From positions 1 through 24,077 of the forward strand of contig CAYUEJ010000003.1 of NCBI GenBank assembly GCA_964442565.1: a stretch of 24,077 nt of DNA. Direction: 5' to 3'. The stretch is from an uncultured Candidatus Epulonipiscium sp. (GTDB lineage: Bacteria > Bacillota > Clostridia > Lachnospirales > Cellulosilyticaceae). Shown here piece after piece: positions 1-9,172 of the stretch (position 1 is the first letter of the stretch; each line of letters opens with the position of its first letter). Made by a program: the position numbers and the translations under genes. Under the pieces are notes generated by a model that was given only the letters and a program-made list of their open reading frames with translations, made no database searches and was not told where the DNA came from.

Positions 1-946
1 CCCCTGCAGTTAATATCTTCCCAAACCACCTATACATGATTAATTCACCATTCTTCTCAACATCATTTCCCTGTACAAAATAATAAGCAAGTACCGTACT
101 TAATACCGCCAATATAATTAATATCCCTATATATAATGCCAGGTGTGGGTACATATATGTTCTATAATATTGCCAAGGATCACCATAGAAAGACCGGTTA
201 TTTGTTGCTACATTATTGAGCCCTGCCATTGGACTTGCAAGGAAAAATAAACGAAATGCATGCTTTATGGGTATATAAATCCAGACCCTTGGTGACTTGC
301 CTAATATAAGAAGCATTACAGCTGGCACTGCATATATCAAAAACCATGGCACCAAGTAGATAATTGCTCCTACAACTCCTGCTATAATATTTTGCCCCAT
401 CAGGGTTTGTATTAACATTAGGAAGGAATAGGCTGCCACCATAATAAGCCACCCAATCCCTAGCCATAATAATAAAGCCCCTAAACTATCTTGTTTACTT
501 AAAGTTTCCCCGTGCTGGGAGTAATTGTATACATGGCTAATCCACCTTGTATTTCTCACACGCATTATTATTGTCACCACACCAAATACAATAAAGGGTA
601 TGGTGAACGTCTTGAGCCCCATTACATATTTAATCCAAAACTGCTCCTTACGATCAAATGGCAAAGTGCTAATAAATTTCCCTACATTTGGATTTCGCTC
701 CTGGGAAAATAGTAAGATAACAAGTAAGGTAATCCCTATAAGCATCAAAGGAAGCATGAAGGCACTCATTCGGTAAATCTCATCTATAAAACTAACATCC
801 ATAAGACCTGCTACAAGGTATCTTTTTTTCATACGGGTAATATTATTATTTAATATTACAGCAAAAATAATATATACAAAAGAAAATAATAACATGACCC
901 ATCTTGTGCTTTTCCACTCTTTTTGTACCAGTGGGTGTTTAATCAT
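1..946 (-). CDS. ABC transporter permease (ABC-2 type), paralog of the upstream permease; 3' end runs off the window
   Basis: Not in the ORF track because there is no stop in the window. Hand translation from ATG at 946 (ATGA overlap with the stop of 943..2052) gives MIKHPLVQKEWKSTRW...ISTLPFDRKEQFWIKY, and near base 1 EKNGELIMYRWFGKILTAG. These align with KHPLFWKEWKSAKW, VSSLPFNKNEQFKIKW and RNGQLIMFDWAGKLLIIG of the neighbouring permease. Confidence 0.88.
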   Translation of the reverse strand, partial: MIKHPLVQKEWKSTRWVMLLFSFVYIIFAVILNNNITRMKKRYLVAGLMDVSFIDEIYRMSAFMLPLMLIGITLLVILLFSQERNPNVGKFISTLPFDRKEQFWIKYVMGLKTFTIPFIVFGVVTIIMRVRNTRWISHVYNYSQHGETLSKQDSLGALLLWLGIGWLIMVAAYSFLMLIQTLMGQNIIAGVVGAIIYLVPWFLIYAVPAVMLLILGKSPRVWIYIPIKHAFRLFFLASPMAGLNNVATNNRSFYGDPWQYYRTYMYPHLALYIGILIILAVLSTVLAYYFVQGNDVEKNGELIMYRWFGKILTAG

Positions 947-2052
947 GCCTTGCACCTCCCAGATAGGCTTACAATTTTTCGAATAAGAACAAAGCCTATA
1001 ATTGCGCTTATTGTTAATGTGATTATTTCATAAATAGGTTTTGTATTTTCAATAAAGAGAATTCTAAACCCATTATTACCAAGTAAGGCCACACAGGTTG
1101 TAACGCCTATAATAAGTAGCTTTCCCGCCCAGTCAAACATAATAAGCTGGCCATTGCGGCTGTTTTCATTGCGTCCATAGAGCTGTATACCACCGTATAA
1201 AGATAGTCCTACTATGGCAAATAATACGATTATTCTAATCCAGTAATATTCATAGGAAAATACACTTACTGCAGAACGTCCAAGTACTGTATCTACCATT
1301 ATGCCTCTTCTAGCATTAATCAGGACATCACGATATGAATACCAGTTATTATGCCAGTAGGCTTTGATCATTGGTTTATTTAACATACGTGATATTGTTG
1401 TGATGCTTGTTTCTATTAAAAACCATGGTACTGCAAGGGTAATGACACCGATGACACTAGCTGCTATATTGTTTGCAATAAAAGTTTGTATTAGCATTAA
1501 AAAACTATAAAGTGCAATAAGTAGTAAATATACTTGTAATAAACCTAACATAATTGCTGCTAACGTATCATGAGGCATTACCTGTGCTCCACTGTGTGAT
1601 ATGGCATAAATCTCTTCTATCCAGCCCCAATTAGCAGCTCTTATTAGGAGGCTCATAATGCTAGCGATAGCAAAGGGAATCGTAATGGTTATAGCACCTA
1701 CAAACCACTTTATCTTAAACTGTTCATTTTTATTAAATGGCAAGCTACTAACAAATGCACCGATACCTTCTTTTCGGTCATTTTGAAATAATAGTGTTGT
1801 CATTACAATTACAATTGGCACAAAGGTAAGTGCAGCCCCAAATAGTTCATTTGAAAAATTTCTATCAAAAATGCTGATGCTTTGCAGGTATACCATATTC
1901 TCATCAATCACCAACTTATCCGACAATTCTTGTATCTGTTGCAGGTCATTGTTAAGCCCTAAGAACATGATGAGAAATATCCCCATCATTAGTAAGCACC
2001 ACCACTTTGCACTTTTCCATTCTTTCCAAAATAGAGGGTGTTTTGTTAACAT
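943..2052 (-). CDS. ABC transporter permease (ABC-2 type, multi-TM)
   Basis: 369 aa with many hydrophobic segments and the SLPF..KxEQF motif typical of ABC-2 permeases; translationally coupled (TAATG) to the ABC ATPase. Confidence 0.85.
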   Translation of the reverse strand: MLTKHPLFWKEWKSAKWWCLLMMGIFLIMFLGLNNDLQQIQELSDKLVIDENMVYLQSISIFDRNFSNELFGAALTFVPIVIVMTTLLFQNDRKEGIGAFVSSLPFNKNEQFKIKWFVGAITITIPFAIASIMSLLIRAANWGWIEEIYAISHSGAQVMPHDTLAAIMLGLLQVYLLLIALYSFLMLIQTFIANNIAASVIGVITLAVPWFLIETSITTISRMLNKPMIKAYWHNNWYSYRDVLINARRGIMVDTVLGRSAVSVFSYEYYWIRIIVLFAIVGLSLYGGIQLYGRNENSRNGQLIMFDWAGKLLIIGVTTCVALLGNNGFRILFIENTKPIYEIITLTISAIIGFVLIRKIVSLSGRCKA

Positions 2053-2927
2053 TATTGTCCCTCCTCACTTGTATATATAAAGATTTCTTCTAAGCTAAGA
2101 TTAACCTGATCTACAAACTTAGCACCTGCTTTATATAATTTTTCCTCAAGGTCTTTTGAATACTTTTGGGTCACAATATAGTGAACCCGCCCGACTTTTT
2201 CTACGCTATTAACTTCCGCCCAATATTCTAAGCCCTCAGGACTCTTATCTTCAAATACAACTTGAAGCTTCTTAATGTTTTGCTTCATTTCATCTAGGGT
2301 GCTCATATAAGTAATTTTACCTTTATTAATGATTGCTATTTCATCGCATATACGCTCTAACTCACCTAAATGATGGGAAGATACAAAGACTGTCAACTGG
2401 TTTTCTCCCACCTCTTGTAATAAAATATCTAGCATTTGTTTTTTAGCTATGGCATCAAGGCCTGAAGTTGGTTCATCTAAAATCAATACATCTGGGTTTA
2501 TTGATAGATTTAGCATTAAGGATAATCTCATTTGCATCCCTTTAGATAACTGCCTCACCCTTTTGTTTTCATCTAGGTTAAAAACAGCATTATAGTTGTT
2601 AAATCTATCCGTTGAAAACGTAGGATAAGTCCTTTTATAAAATTCAACCATCTCTTTTACTCTAAAAAACGGAAAGTACTGGTTTTGATCAGCTACGTAG
2701 CCAATCCTTTCTTTTACAATGGGATTTTCATATACCAGCTCACCGTTAATTGTAATCTCACCTTCATCTGCCTTATAAATACCTGTCATACACTGAATAA
2801 GAGTAGTTTTACCTGCTCCGTTCTCTCCAATAATGCCGAATATAGTACCCTTTTTAACATTTATATTAATATCTGAAATAGCTGTAAAATCTCCGAATTT
2901 CTTAGTTGCATTTTTAATTTGTATCAT
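2052..2927 (-). CDS. ABC transporter ATP-binding protein (YtrB/CcmA-like)
   Basis: Walker A GENGAGKTT, signature LSKGMQ, Walker B LILDEPTSGLD, H-loop SSHH. Confidence 0.95.
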   Translation of the reverse strand: MIQIKNATKKFGDFTAISDININVKKGTIFGIIGENGAGKTTLIQCMTGIYKADEGEITINGELVYENPIVKERIGYVADQNQYFPFFRVKEMVEFYKRTYPTFSTDRFNNYNAVFNLDENKRVRQLSKGMQMRLSLMLNLSINPDVLILDEPTSGLDAIAKKQMLDILLQEVGENQLTVFVSSHHLGELERICDEIAIINKGKITYMSTLDEMKQNIKKLQVVFEDKSPEGLEYWAEVNSVEKVGRVHYIVTQKYSKDLEEKLYKAGAKFVDQVNLSLEEIFIYTSEEGQ

Positions 2928-2931
2928 GGTA

Positions 2932-3312
2932 TCACTCCCCTTTTAACTCGTCATATATTGTTTGCACCTCTTGGTTCATCTCATCCCATGATAATCCCAT
3001 GTAATGCATTTCAATAATTATTTTCTTTAATGCTTTCTTGATTTCATCCATCTTCTCATCATCTGCCTTCGCTTTATAATCTGTTCGGATAAATGTCCCC
3101 TTGCCTCTAATTGTTTCAATAACCCCCATACGCTCTAACTCCTGATAAGCTTTGCTAATGGTGTTAGGATTAGCTAAAATCATAGATGATAGCTGGCGTA
3201 TAGAAGGTAATTGGTCCCCTGGCATCATAATTTCCTTGATAATGTTCTCCTTGACTTGATCTGCAATTTGCTCGTAGATAGGCTGGCTGCTTCTTGAATC
3301 TATATTGATCAT
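2932..3312 (-). CDS. GntR family transcriptional regulator, YtrA subfamily
   Basis: 126 aa; PIYEQI...PGDQLPSIRQLS...NPNTISKAYQELERMGVIETIRGKGTF winged HTH with a short C-terminus, heading an ABC operon. Confidence 0.93.
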   Translation of the reverse strand: MINIDSRSSQPIYEQIADQVKENIIKEIMMPGDQLPSIRQLSSMILANPNTISKAYQELERMGVIETIRGKGTFIRTDYKAKADDEKMDEIKKALKKIIIEMHYMGLSWDEMNQEVQTIYDELKGE

Positions 3313-3350
3313 TGATTCACCTCCACTTAGGAAATCGTTACTTGTATTAA

Positions 3351-3373
3351 GTGTATTAGTTGATATAGTACAC
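3351..3373. promoter_or_regulatory. Putative YtrA-type operator (inverted repeat)
   Basis: GTGTATTA-N7-TAGTACAC (7/8 symmetric), just downstream of the -10 of the gntR promoter; resembles the TGTACTA...TAGTACA type of site known for YtrA-family regulators. Confidence 0.7.
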
Positions 3374-3377
3374 CCTT

Positions 3378-3406
3378 AATATAATCTTATATCTGGGGTT
3401 TGTCAA
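3378..3406 (-). promoter_or_regulatory. SigA-type promoter of the gntR-ABC operon
   Basis: Minus strand TTGACA (3406-3401), 17 nt spacer, TATATT (3383-3378). Confidence 0.75.
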
Positions 3407-3421
3407 GGCCTAATACAAAAT

Positions 3422-3483
3422 GAGGGGACGGTTCACAAAAAACACTAATTCTAAGATTAGTATTTTTTGTGAACCGTCCCCTC
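3422..3483. repeat. Long palindrome (GAGGGGACGGTTCAC...GTGAACCGTCCCCTC), REP-like; may also terminate hemZ transcription
   Basis: 28-bp arms with one mismatch and a 6-nt loop, between the hemZ stop and the gntR promoter. 16 bp of the right arm recur exactly at 6222-6237. Confidence 0.8.
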
Positions 3484-3556
3484 GTACTGCTGTCTCCTGT
3501 ATTACCTACTCAACACTCTTCTTAATTTGCAGCTTTTTCATAATGAATACCTATCA

Positions 3557-4981
3557 TTATATCCCAGCCTTGCGCTCAATCATTTCGCCAATCCGCCCAA
3601 TGTACTGCTCCAGATTTTTCACATTGGGAATTCGTTTTATGTTCTTCCCATCATCTGACACCACTTTTGTTACCGCACCAGCACCCATGGCAATGATTGT
3701 CTCTTGTTCTGCTATCATCTGTATGTTGTATATACTCTCTTTTCCTAGTAGCGCATATCCCACGTTCTCAAAATTACCTAGGATATCTTTTTGCCGGTAC
3801 ATATAATACGGCTCCATGCCCATTTTCTTGGCACCACTGGCCGTGATATCTAACATTTCCTGTATATCCTCTACCTGGCTTAGATCATAGTCTTCAATTT
3901 CTTCTTTTAACCTTGAAGCCCTTTTAATGGCCATAGTATGGACTGTAATACTGTCTGGCTTTAGTTTTCCTAGCTCTGCCATAGTATTAGATACATCTGC
4001 AGGCCCTTCCCCTGGCAAGCCTATAATTAGGTCCATATTGATATTGCCATGTCCTTCTTCTCTTGCCATGTGAAATATCCTGACAATATCTTCCACACTA
4101 TGGCTTCTACCCACATCATCTAAAGTCTTTTGGTTCATAGTTTGAGGATTAATTGAGATTCGTCCGACTTTATGCTCTTTCATAATTCTTAGTTTATTGC
4201 GGTTTAAAGTATCTGGTCTTCCAGCTTCTATTGTATATTCCTCAATATCATCTATATTAAAACATTTCCCGACTTCTTCTAAGAGTCTTTTAAGTTGCTG
4301 GTCATTTAGACTTGTGGGAGTTCCACCTCCTATATAAAGACTTCGTATATGCCTGCCCTTAGTCATTCTTGAAACATAATTAATCTCCTTAATTAAGGCA
4401 TCTAAGTAGGCATCTACCTGGCTCCCCTTTTCCTTAAGAGAATAGGATGTGAATGAGCAGTAAAGACACCTCGTTGGGCAAAAAGGAATGCCAATATAGA
4501 GGCTGATTTCGCCTTCTTTATTTTGAGACAATATCTCTTCTTCTTTATTGGCAATTTCTATCATTAGACTAGCTTTTTCCCGGGAAATACAATAATCCTC
4601 TATTAGTTTTTGATTAATAGAGGATTCACTATAATTCTCCTTTTTATAGTTATGAACTACTTTTGTCGGTCTTATGCCCGTAAGTACGCCCCACGGCGCA
4701 TGTCTACCAGTTACTTCTGCCAAAACAGTATATAATGTTTTCTTAAGCCCTTGTCTTAGAACACCCTCATCTTCTATATTCAAAGAAGACGAGGCCATTA
4801 ATTGCTCTCCCTTTAGTACCTGAGCACTTACCTTCTTTCCATCCACCTGGCTCATGACCACATAACCTATATCCCCGGCTTCTAATCCCATAAAAGGCTC
4901 AAACACATTTAATATGTTCTGCAGCTCATACTCCGAATGATGATTTTCCACCCTTAGCTCCACTTTACTCTTATTTCCCAC
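3557..4981 (-). CDS. hemZ: Radical SAM coproporphyrinogen dehydrogenase-like protein HemZ
   Basis: 474 aa; CPTRCLYC radical-SAM motif, YIGGGTPT, TIEAGRPDT, RISINPQT, PYYMYRQK; N-terminal PWGVLTGIRP extension; typical position after dtd and the MBL hydrolase. GTG start. Confidence 0.88.
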   Translation of the reverse strand: MGNKSKVELRVENHHSEYELQNILNVFEPFMGLEAGDIGYVVMSQVDGKKVSAQVLKGEQLMASSSLNIEDEGVLRQGLKKTLYTVLAEVTGRHAPWGVLTGIRPTKVVHNYKKENYSESSINQKLIEDYCISREKASLMIEIANKEEEILSQNKEGEISLYIGIPFCPTRCLYCSFTSYSLKEKGSQVDAYLDALIKEINYVSRMTKGRHIRSLYIGGGTPTSLNDQQLKRLLEEVGKCFNIDDIEEYTIEAGRPDTLNRNKLRIMKEHKVGRISINPQTMNQKTLDDVGRSHSVEDIVRIFHMAREEGHGNINMDLIIGLPGEGPADVSNTMAELGKLKPDSITVHTMAIKRASRLKEEIEDYDLSQVEDIQEMLDITASGAKKMGMEPYYMYRQKDILGNFENVGYALLGKESIYNIQMIAEQETIIAMGAGAVTKVVSDDGKNIKRIPNVKNLEQYIGRIGEMIERKAGI

Positions 4982-4995
4982 CTTTAAATCATCTC

Positions 4996-5658
4996 CTAGT
5001 AATCCATATTAAAATAAGGATTATAGCTTTTTTCATATTTAACTGTTGTTGAAGGTCCATGCCCTGGATAAAGCGTCGTTTCTCCAGGCAATGTAAATAT
5101 CTGTGTCTTAATAGACTCTAATAAAGTCGGCCCATTCCCACCATAAAGGTCTGTTCTTCCCATAGATTCTTTAAAAATCACATCTCCTACAAAGGCTACT
5201 TTATGATGCTCAAAGTAATAAACAACGCTATCGCTTGTATGTCCTGGTGTAAAAAACACATTAAATGATAATGAATCTGGTAAGTCACCTAGTAAATCAT
5301 CGTAGCTTTCTTCACCTTCACTAATATATTTATCTGCCGCAAACTGAACTCTATCACTAGCAAACATAGTGGATAGGTTTTTCTCTGGGTCTTCTAAATA
5401 TTCCTTAGCACCCTTATGAGCTATAATGTCACATTCTAAAACTTCTCTAAGTTCCTCTGCTGCGCCAATGTGATCGTAGTGTCCGTGGGTAATAAGAATT
5501 AATCCAATTTGCCAGTCATTTTCTTTAATCTTTGCTAAAATACGACCTGCATCTGCCCCTGGATCAATTACAATCCCTTTCTTTGTATCCTCATCTATTA
5601 TAAAATACACATTTTCCTGTAATGGTCCTACTACTAATTTATCTATCACAAAAATCAC
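4996..5658 (-). CDS. MBL-fold metallo-hydrolase (glyoxalase II-like)
   Basis: THGHYDHIGA (HxHxDH), TPGHT, GD, GRTDL and YPGHG motifs. Confidence 0.93.
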   Translation of the reverse strand: MIFVIDKLVVGPLQENVYFIIDEDTKKGIVIDPGADAGRILAKIKENDWQIGLILITHGHYDHIGAAEELREVLECDIIAHKGAKEYLEDPEKNLSTMFASDRVQFAADKYISEGEESYDDLLGDLPDSLSFNVFFTPGHTSDSVVYYFEHHKVAFVGDVIFKESMGRTDLYGGNGPTLLESIKTQIFTLPGETTLYPGHGPSTTVKYEKSYNPYFNMDY

Positions 5659-5692
5659 CTCGTATTTTCTATTTTAATATCATAACAATTAT

Positions 5693-6142
5693 TTAAAATA
5701 CTTTATCACTATCTAGCAAGATCGTCACTGGTCCATCATTAACCAGTTCCACCTGCATATCTGCCTGAAACTCACCCATCTCCACTGGGATTTCTAGAAC
5801 TTCTAACTTCTTAACAAACATCCCGTATTTGTTTTCAGCTTCTTCAATACTGCCTGATGCCATAAAGCTTGGTCTTGCACCTTTTCTAGCATCACCGTAC
5901 AGGGTAAAGTTCGGAACAATAAGGATACTTCCTCCTATATCTTTTACAGAGATATTCATCTTCCCATCTTCATCTTCAAAAATCCTTAGACCTTGCATTT
6001 TATTAATAATATAATCCATATCTTTTTCAGTATCATCTGCTTTAATCCCAACTAGGACTAATAATCCACACTGTATGTCCCCTATGACTTTGTTATCCAC
6101 AGTCACCGAAGCCTTTGATACCCTTTGCACAACTGCTCTCAT
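5693..6142 (-). CDS. dtd: D-aminoacyl-tRNA deacylase
   Basis: MRAVVQRV start, PNFTLYGDARKGARPSF, NDGPVT motif. ATG at 6142 lies 8 nt after GGAGG (the ORF track starts one codon earlier, at 6145). Confidence 0.95.
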   Translation of the reverse strand: MRAVVQRVSKASVTVDNKVIGDIQCGLLVLVGIKADDTEKDMDYIINKMQGLRIFEDEDGKMNISVKDIGGSILIVPNFTLYGDARKGARPSFMASGSIEEAENKYGMFVKKLEVLEIPVEMGEFQADMQVELVNDGPVTILLDSDKVF

Positions 6143-6229
6143 CAAACTTACCTCCCTTATATCCTTTCCCTAGTCATTTTTATACCATAGTACATAAGTC
6201 TATATTGCGTTACTATATCAATTTGTGAA

Positions 6230-6268
6230 CCGTCCCCAACACCCGTCCCCAACACCCGTCCCCAACAC
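6230..6268. repeat. Tandem repeat 3 x 13 bp (CCGTCCCCAACAC) starting inside a GTGAACCGTCCCC half-site
   Basis: Three exact units at 6230, 6243 and 6256; TTTGTGAACCGTCCCC (6222-6237) is identical to 3466-3481. Confidence 0.9.
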
Positions 6269-6275
6269 CCAATGC

Positions 6276-6311
6276 AATACCCCATCATAGCTTTCACTAT
6301 AACGGGGTATT
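6276..6311. terminator. Hairpin downstream of relA (possible terminator or stabiliser)
   Basis: AATACCCC...ATAG-CTTTCA-CTAT...GGGGTATT. The U-rich tail is on the + strand and weak in the relA direction. Confidence 0.45.
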
Positions 6312-6323
6312 TTATTTGTATAT

Positions 6324-8537
6324 CTAAGATGATGCCCTGATAATCTCAATAATATCTCCAATTTGTAGCAGTTTATGGATAATTAAGTCTAGTTGCTCAA
6401 CATTGCATATTTCTATTTTAATGTTAAATACAGCCTCATTATCTTTAGTTGATCGTGCGTTTAGAGTTTTTACGTGTATTTTCATATCTGTTAAAACCCT
6501 AGAGATATCTAGGATGATTCCCATTCTATCTAGTGCCCTTACTTGAATCTCAGTTACATAGGTCCTATCGTCTAGGCTACATTCTATCTGCCACTCAGAA
6601 TCAATAAGACGCTCCCGCTCATCTTCTGGCAAATGAATTATGTTAACACAATCGGTCCTATGAATTGAAACACCCCTACCCTTTGTAATGTAACCTACGA
6701 TTTCATCCCCTGGAACTGGGTTACAGCACTTTGAGAACCTGACAGCTAAATCCCCTACACCCTTAACAATGATTCCACTTTTACTACTTACACTCCTTGG
6801 CCTTTCTTCCTTGCCAATCGTTAGTTTATCTGGTAAAGGTTTGACCTTACCCCTCTCATGCTCCTCAATTAGTCTTTGGACGATTTGTCCTTCTTTTATA
6901 CCACCATGACCAACGGTTGCGCAAAGGGAATCCCATGATGTAAGGCCATTTTTTCTAAGAACTGCCGTGGTTGACTTATCTGTTAAGAGGTCATTAAGAT
7001 TATATCCCTTCTTCTTAGCATATTGCTCAAGCATTTCCTTACCACGAACAATATTTTCTTCTTTAAACTGCTTACGGAACCACTGATTAATCTTAGTCTT
7101 AGCTTGAGAACTTTTTACAATCTTAAGCCAATCCCTGCTAGGCCCTTTAGAGTTTTGTGAGGTCATAATATCTAGCCTATCACCATTTTTAATCACATAA
7201 TCAAATGTAACTATTCTCCCGTTAGCCTTTGCCCCAACCATCATGTTACCCACAGCACTGTGGATATTATATGCAAAATCAATTGGTGTGGAGCCTTTAG
7301 GTAGTGTAAGAAGATCCCCCGTTGGGGTAAATACATAAACCTGGTCTGTATAAACATCAAGGTCTAGTTTAAGAGCATCCATAAATTCTTGATTGTCTGA
7401 CATATCTCTTTGCCACTCTAAAATTTGCCGCAGCCATGCTAATTTTTCTTCTGACTGATCCTGGCCTGTTTCCTTACTCCCATCCTTATACTTCCAATGG
7501 GCTGCAATACCATATTCAGCTGTTCTATGCATATCATGGGTACGAATTTGCATCTCAAAAGGTGTACCCTCTGGCCCCATAAGCGTCGTATGAAGTGATT
7601 GGTACATATTAGGCTTAGGCATTGCAATGTAGTCTTTAAATCTACCTGGGATAGGTTTATACATCTCATGGACAACCCCTAAGGCCCCGTAGCAATCCTT
7701 TACATTGTCAACAATTGCCCTAACCGCAAATAAATCATATATTTGATCCAGTGTCTTATTCTGATTTACAATCTTTTTATATATACTAAAAAAATGCTTA
7801 GGCCTTCCTTCTACTGTGGCATGGACCCCTGCTTCTTCTAGTTTTGTTTTAATTTCCTTTATAATGTCATCTATATACTCAACCCGTTCCACCCTTTTCT
7901 TGGCAATCTTGTGTACTAGGTCGTAATATACTTCAGTTTCTAGGTATCTAAGAGCCAAATCCTCAAGCTCCACCTTAATGGTGCTAATCCCTAACCTATG
8001 GGCTAAAGGAGCATATATATGCATTGTTTCCTCTGCTTTTTCTATTTGTTTCTCAGGGGACATATATTTTAGCGTCATCATATTATGCAACCTATCCGCA
8101 AGTTTAATTAAAACAACCCTAATATCCTGGGCCATTGCTAAAAACATTTTACGGTAGTTTTCTGCTTGAGTTTCTTGTTTTTGTACCTCTTTATTAGATG
8201 ATGAATACTGAATTTGCCCAAGTTTAGTTACACCATCCACTAATAAGGCTACTTCCTCACCAAACATCTGCGAAATTTCCTCGAATGTGTAATCCGTATC
8301 CTCTATAACATCATGAAGTATTCCAGCAACTATTGATTCTTTATCCAGTTCCAAATCTGCTAGAATACAAGCTACCTCTAGAGGATGAATAATATACGGC
8401 TCCCCAGATTTCCTAAATTGATCCTTGTGAGCATTGTAAGCTAAATCATATGCTTTTTGTATAATAGACAGATCGTCAGAGGGATGGTACTTACTTACTT
8501 TTTCCATTAAGCGTTCATATATCATATCTGGTTCCAT
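6324..8537 (-). CDS. relA: Bifunctional (p)ppGpp synthetase/hydrolase Rel (long RSH)
   Basis: HD domain (RKSGEPYIIHP, HDVIED), synthetase (GRPKHFFSIYKK, YQSLHT, EMQIRT), TGS, CCNPVPGD and ACT domains. Start placed at ATG 8537 behind AGGGGGAG; the ORF track extends to 8567. Confidence 0.96.
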   Translation of the reverse strand: MEPDMIYERLMEKVSKYHPSDDLSIIQKAYDLAYNAHKDQFRKSGEPYIIHPLEVACILADLELDKESIVAGILHDVIEDTDYTFEEISQMFGEEVALLVDGVTKLGQIQYSSSNKEVQKQETQAENYRKMFLAMAQDIRVVLIKLADRLHNMMTLKYMSPEKQIEKAEETMHIYAPLAHRLGISTIKVELEDLALRYLETEVYYDLVHKIAKKRVERVEYIDDIIKEIKTKLEEAGVHATVEGRPKHFFSIYKKIVNQNKTLDQIYDLFAVRAIVDNVKDCYGALGVVHEMYKPIPGRFKDYIAMPKPNMYQSLHTTLMGPEGTPFEMQIRTHDMHRTAEYGIAAHWKYKDGSKETGQDQSEEKLAWLRQILEWQRDMSDNQEFMDALKLDLDVYTDQVYVFTPTGDLLTLPKGSTPIDFAYNIHSAVGNMMVGAKANGRIVTFDYVIKNGDRLDIMTSQNSKGPSRDWLKIVKSSQAKTKINQWFRKQFKEENIVRGKEMLEQYAKKKGYNLNDLLTDKSTTAVLRKNGLTSWDSLCATVGHGGIKEGQIVQRLIEEHERGKVKPLPDKLTIGKEERPRSVSSKSGIIVKGVGDLAVRFSKCCNPVPGDEIVGYITKGRGVSIHRTDCVNIIHLPEDERERLIDSEWQIECSLDDRTYVTEIQVRALDRMGIILDISRVLTDMKIHVKTLNARSTKDNEAVFNIKIEICNVEQLDLIIHKLLQIGDIIEIIRASS

Positions 8538-8637
8538 TTTTCTCCCCCTTTCATCATTTTTAGTCACTCCATTACATAATACTTAGTATATAACCTTTAT
8601 TATAGCTTATTATAACACAATATTCATTATCAAAATC

Positions 8638-9150
8638 CTAATATTTAATTAGAGATGAAACATTATACTCCTTAAATAATTCAATCCCATTTAAAAACTC
8701 AAGTTCAATTAAATACTCGATTTTTACAACCTCTCCCCCCATTTTTTCAATAAGGTCAATCATTGCCCTTGTCGTTCCGCCTGTTGCTAATAAATCATCA
8801 ACAATAACTACCTTTTGGCCTGGTTTTATTGCATCGACATGAAGCTCTATTGTAGAACTACCGTATTCTAAATCATAATCTTGAGAAATTGTTTTGTATG
8901 GAAGCTTACCTGGCTTACGTACAGGTACAAATCCCTTATTCAAATTGTATGCTATAGGCACACCAAATAGGAATCCCCTAGATTCTGGCCCTACAACAAG
9001 GTCAAAATCAAGATCTATTAGGTTCTCCTGCATCCTATTGATAGCTTCCTTAAGACCTTCTGGGCTTTGTATAAGTGGTGTAATATCCTTAAATAATACC
9101 CCTTCTTCTGGAAAATCTTCTACATCTCTAATTAACTCTTTTAAGTCCAT
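8638..9150 (-). CDS. apt: Adenine phosphoribosyltransferase
   Basis: DFPEEGVLFKDITP, GPESRGF, RKPGKLP, LEYG and the PRPP motif VVIVDDLLATGGT. Confidence 0.97.
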   Translation of the reverse strand: MDLKELIRDVEDFPEEGVLFKDITPLIQSPEGLKEAINRMQENLIDLDFDLVVGPESRGFLFGVPIAYNLNKGFVPVRKPGKLPYKTISQDYDLEYGSSTIELHVDAIKPGQKVVIVDDLLATGGTTRAMIDLIEKMGGEVVKIEYLIELEFLNGIELFKEYNVSSLIKY

Positions 9151-9172
9151 TTTTGCATCCCCCTTGGATATA

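Noticed and set aside
213-776. ORFs 213-467, 512-712 and 525-776
   Set aside because: They are shadow or alternate-frame ORFs over the second permease gene (<1-946, minus).
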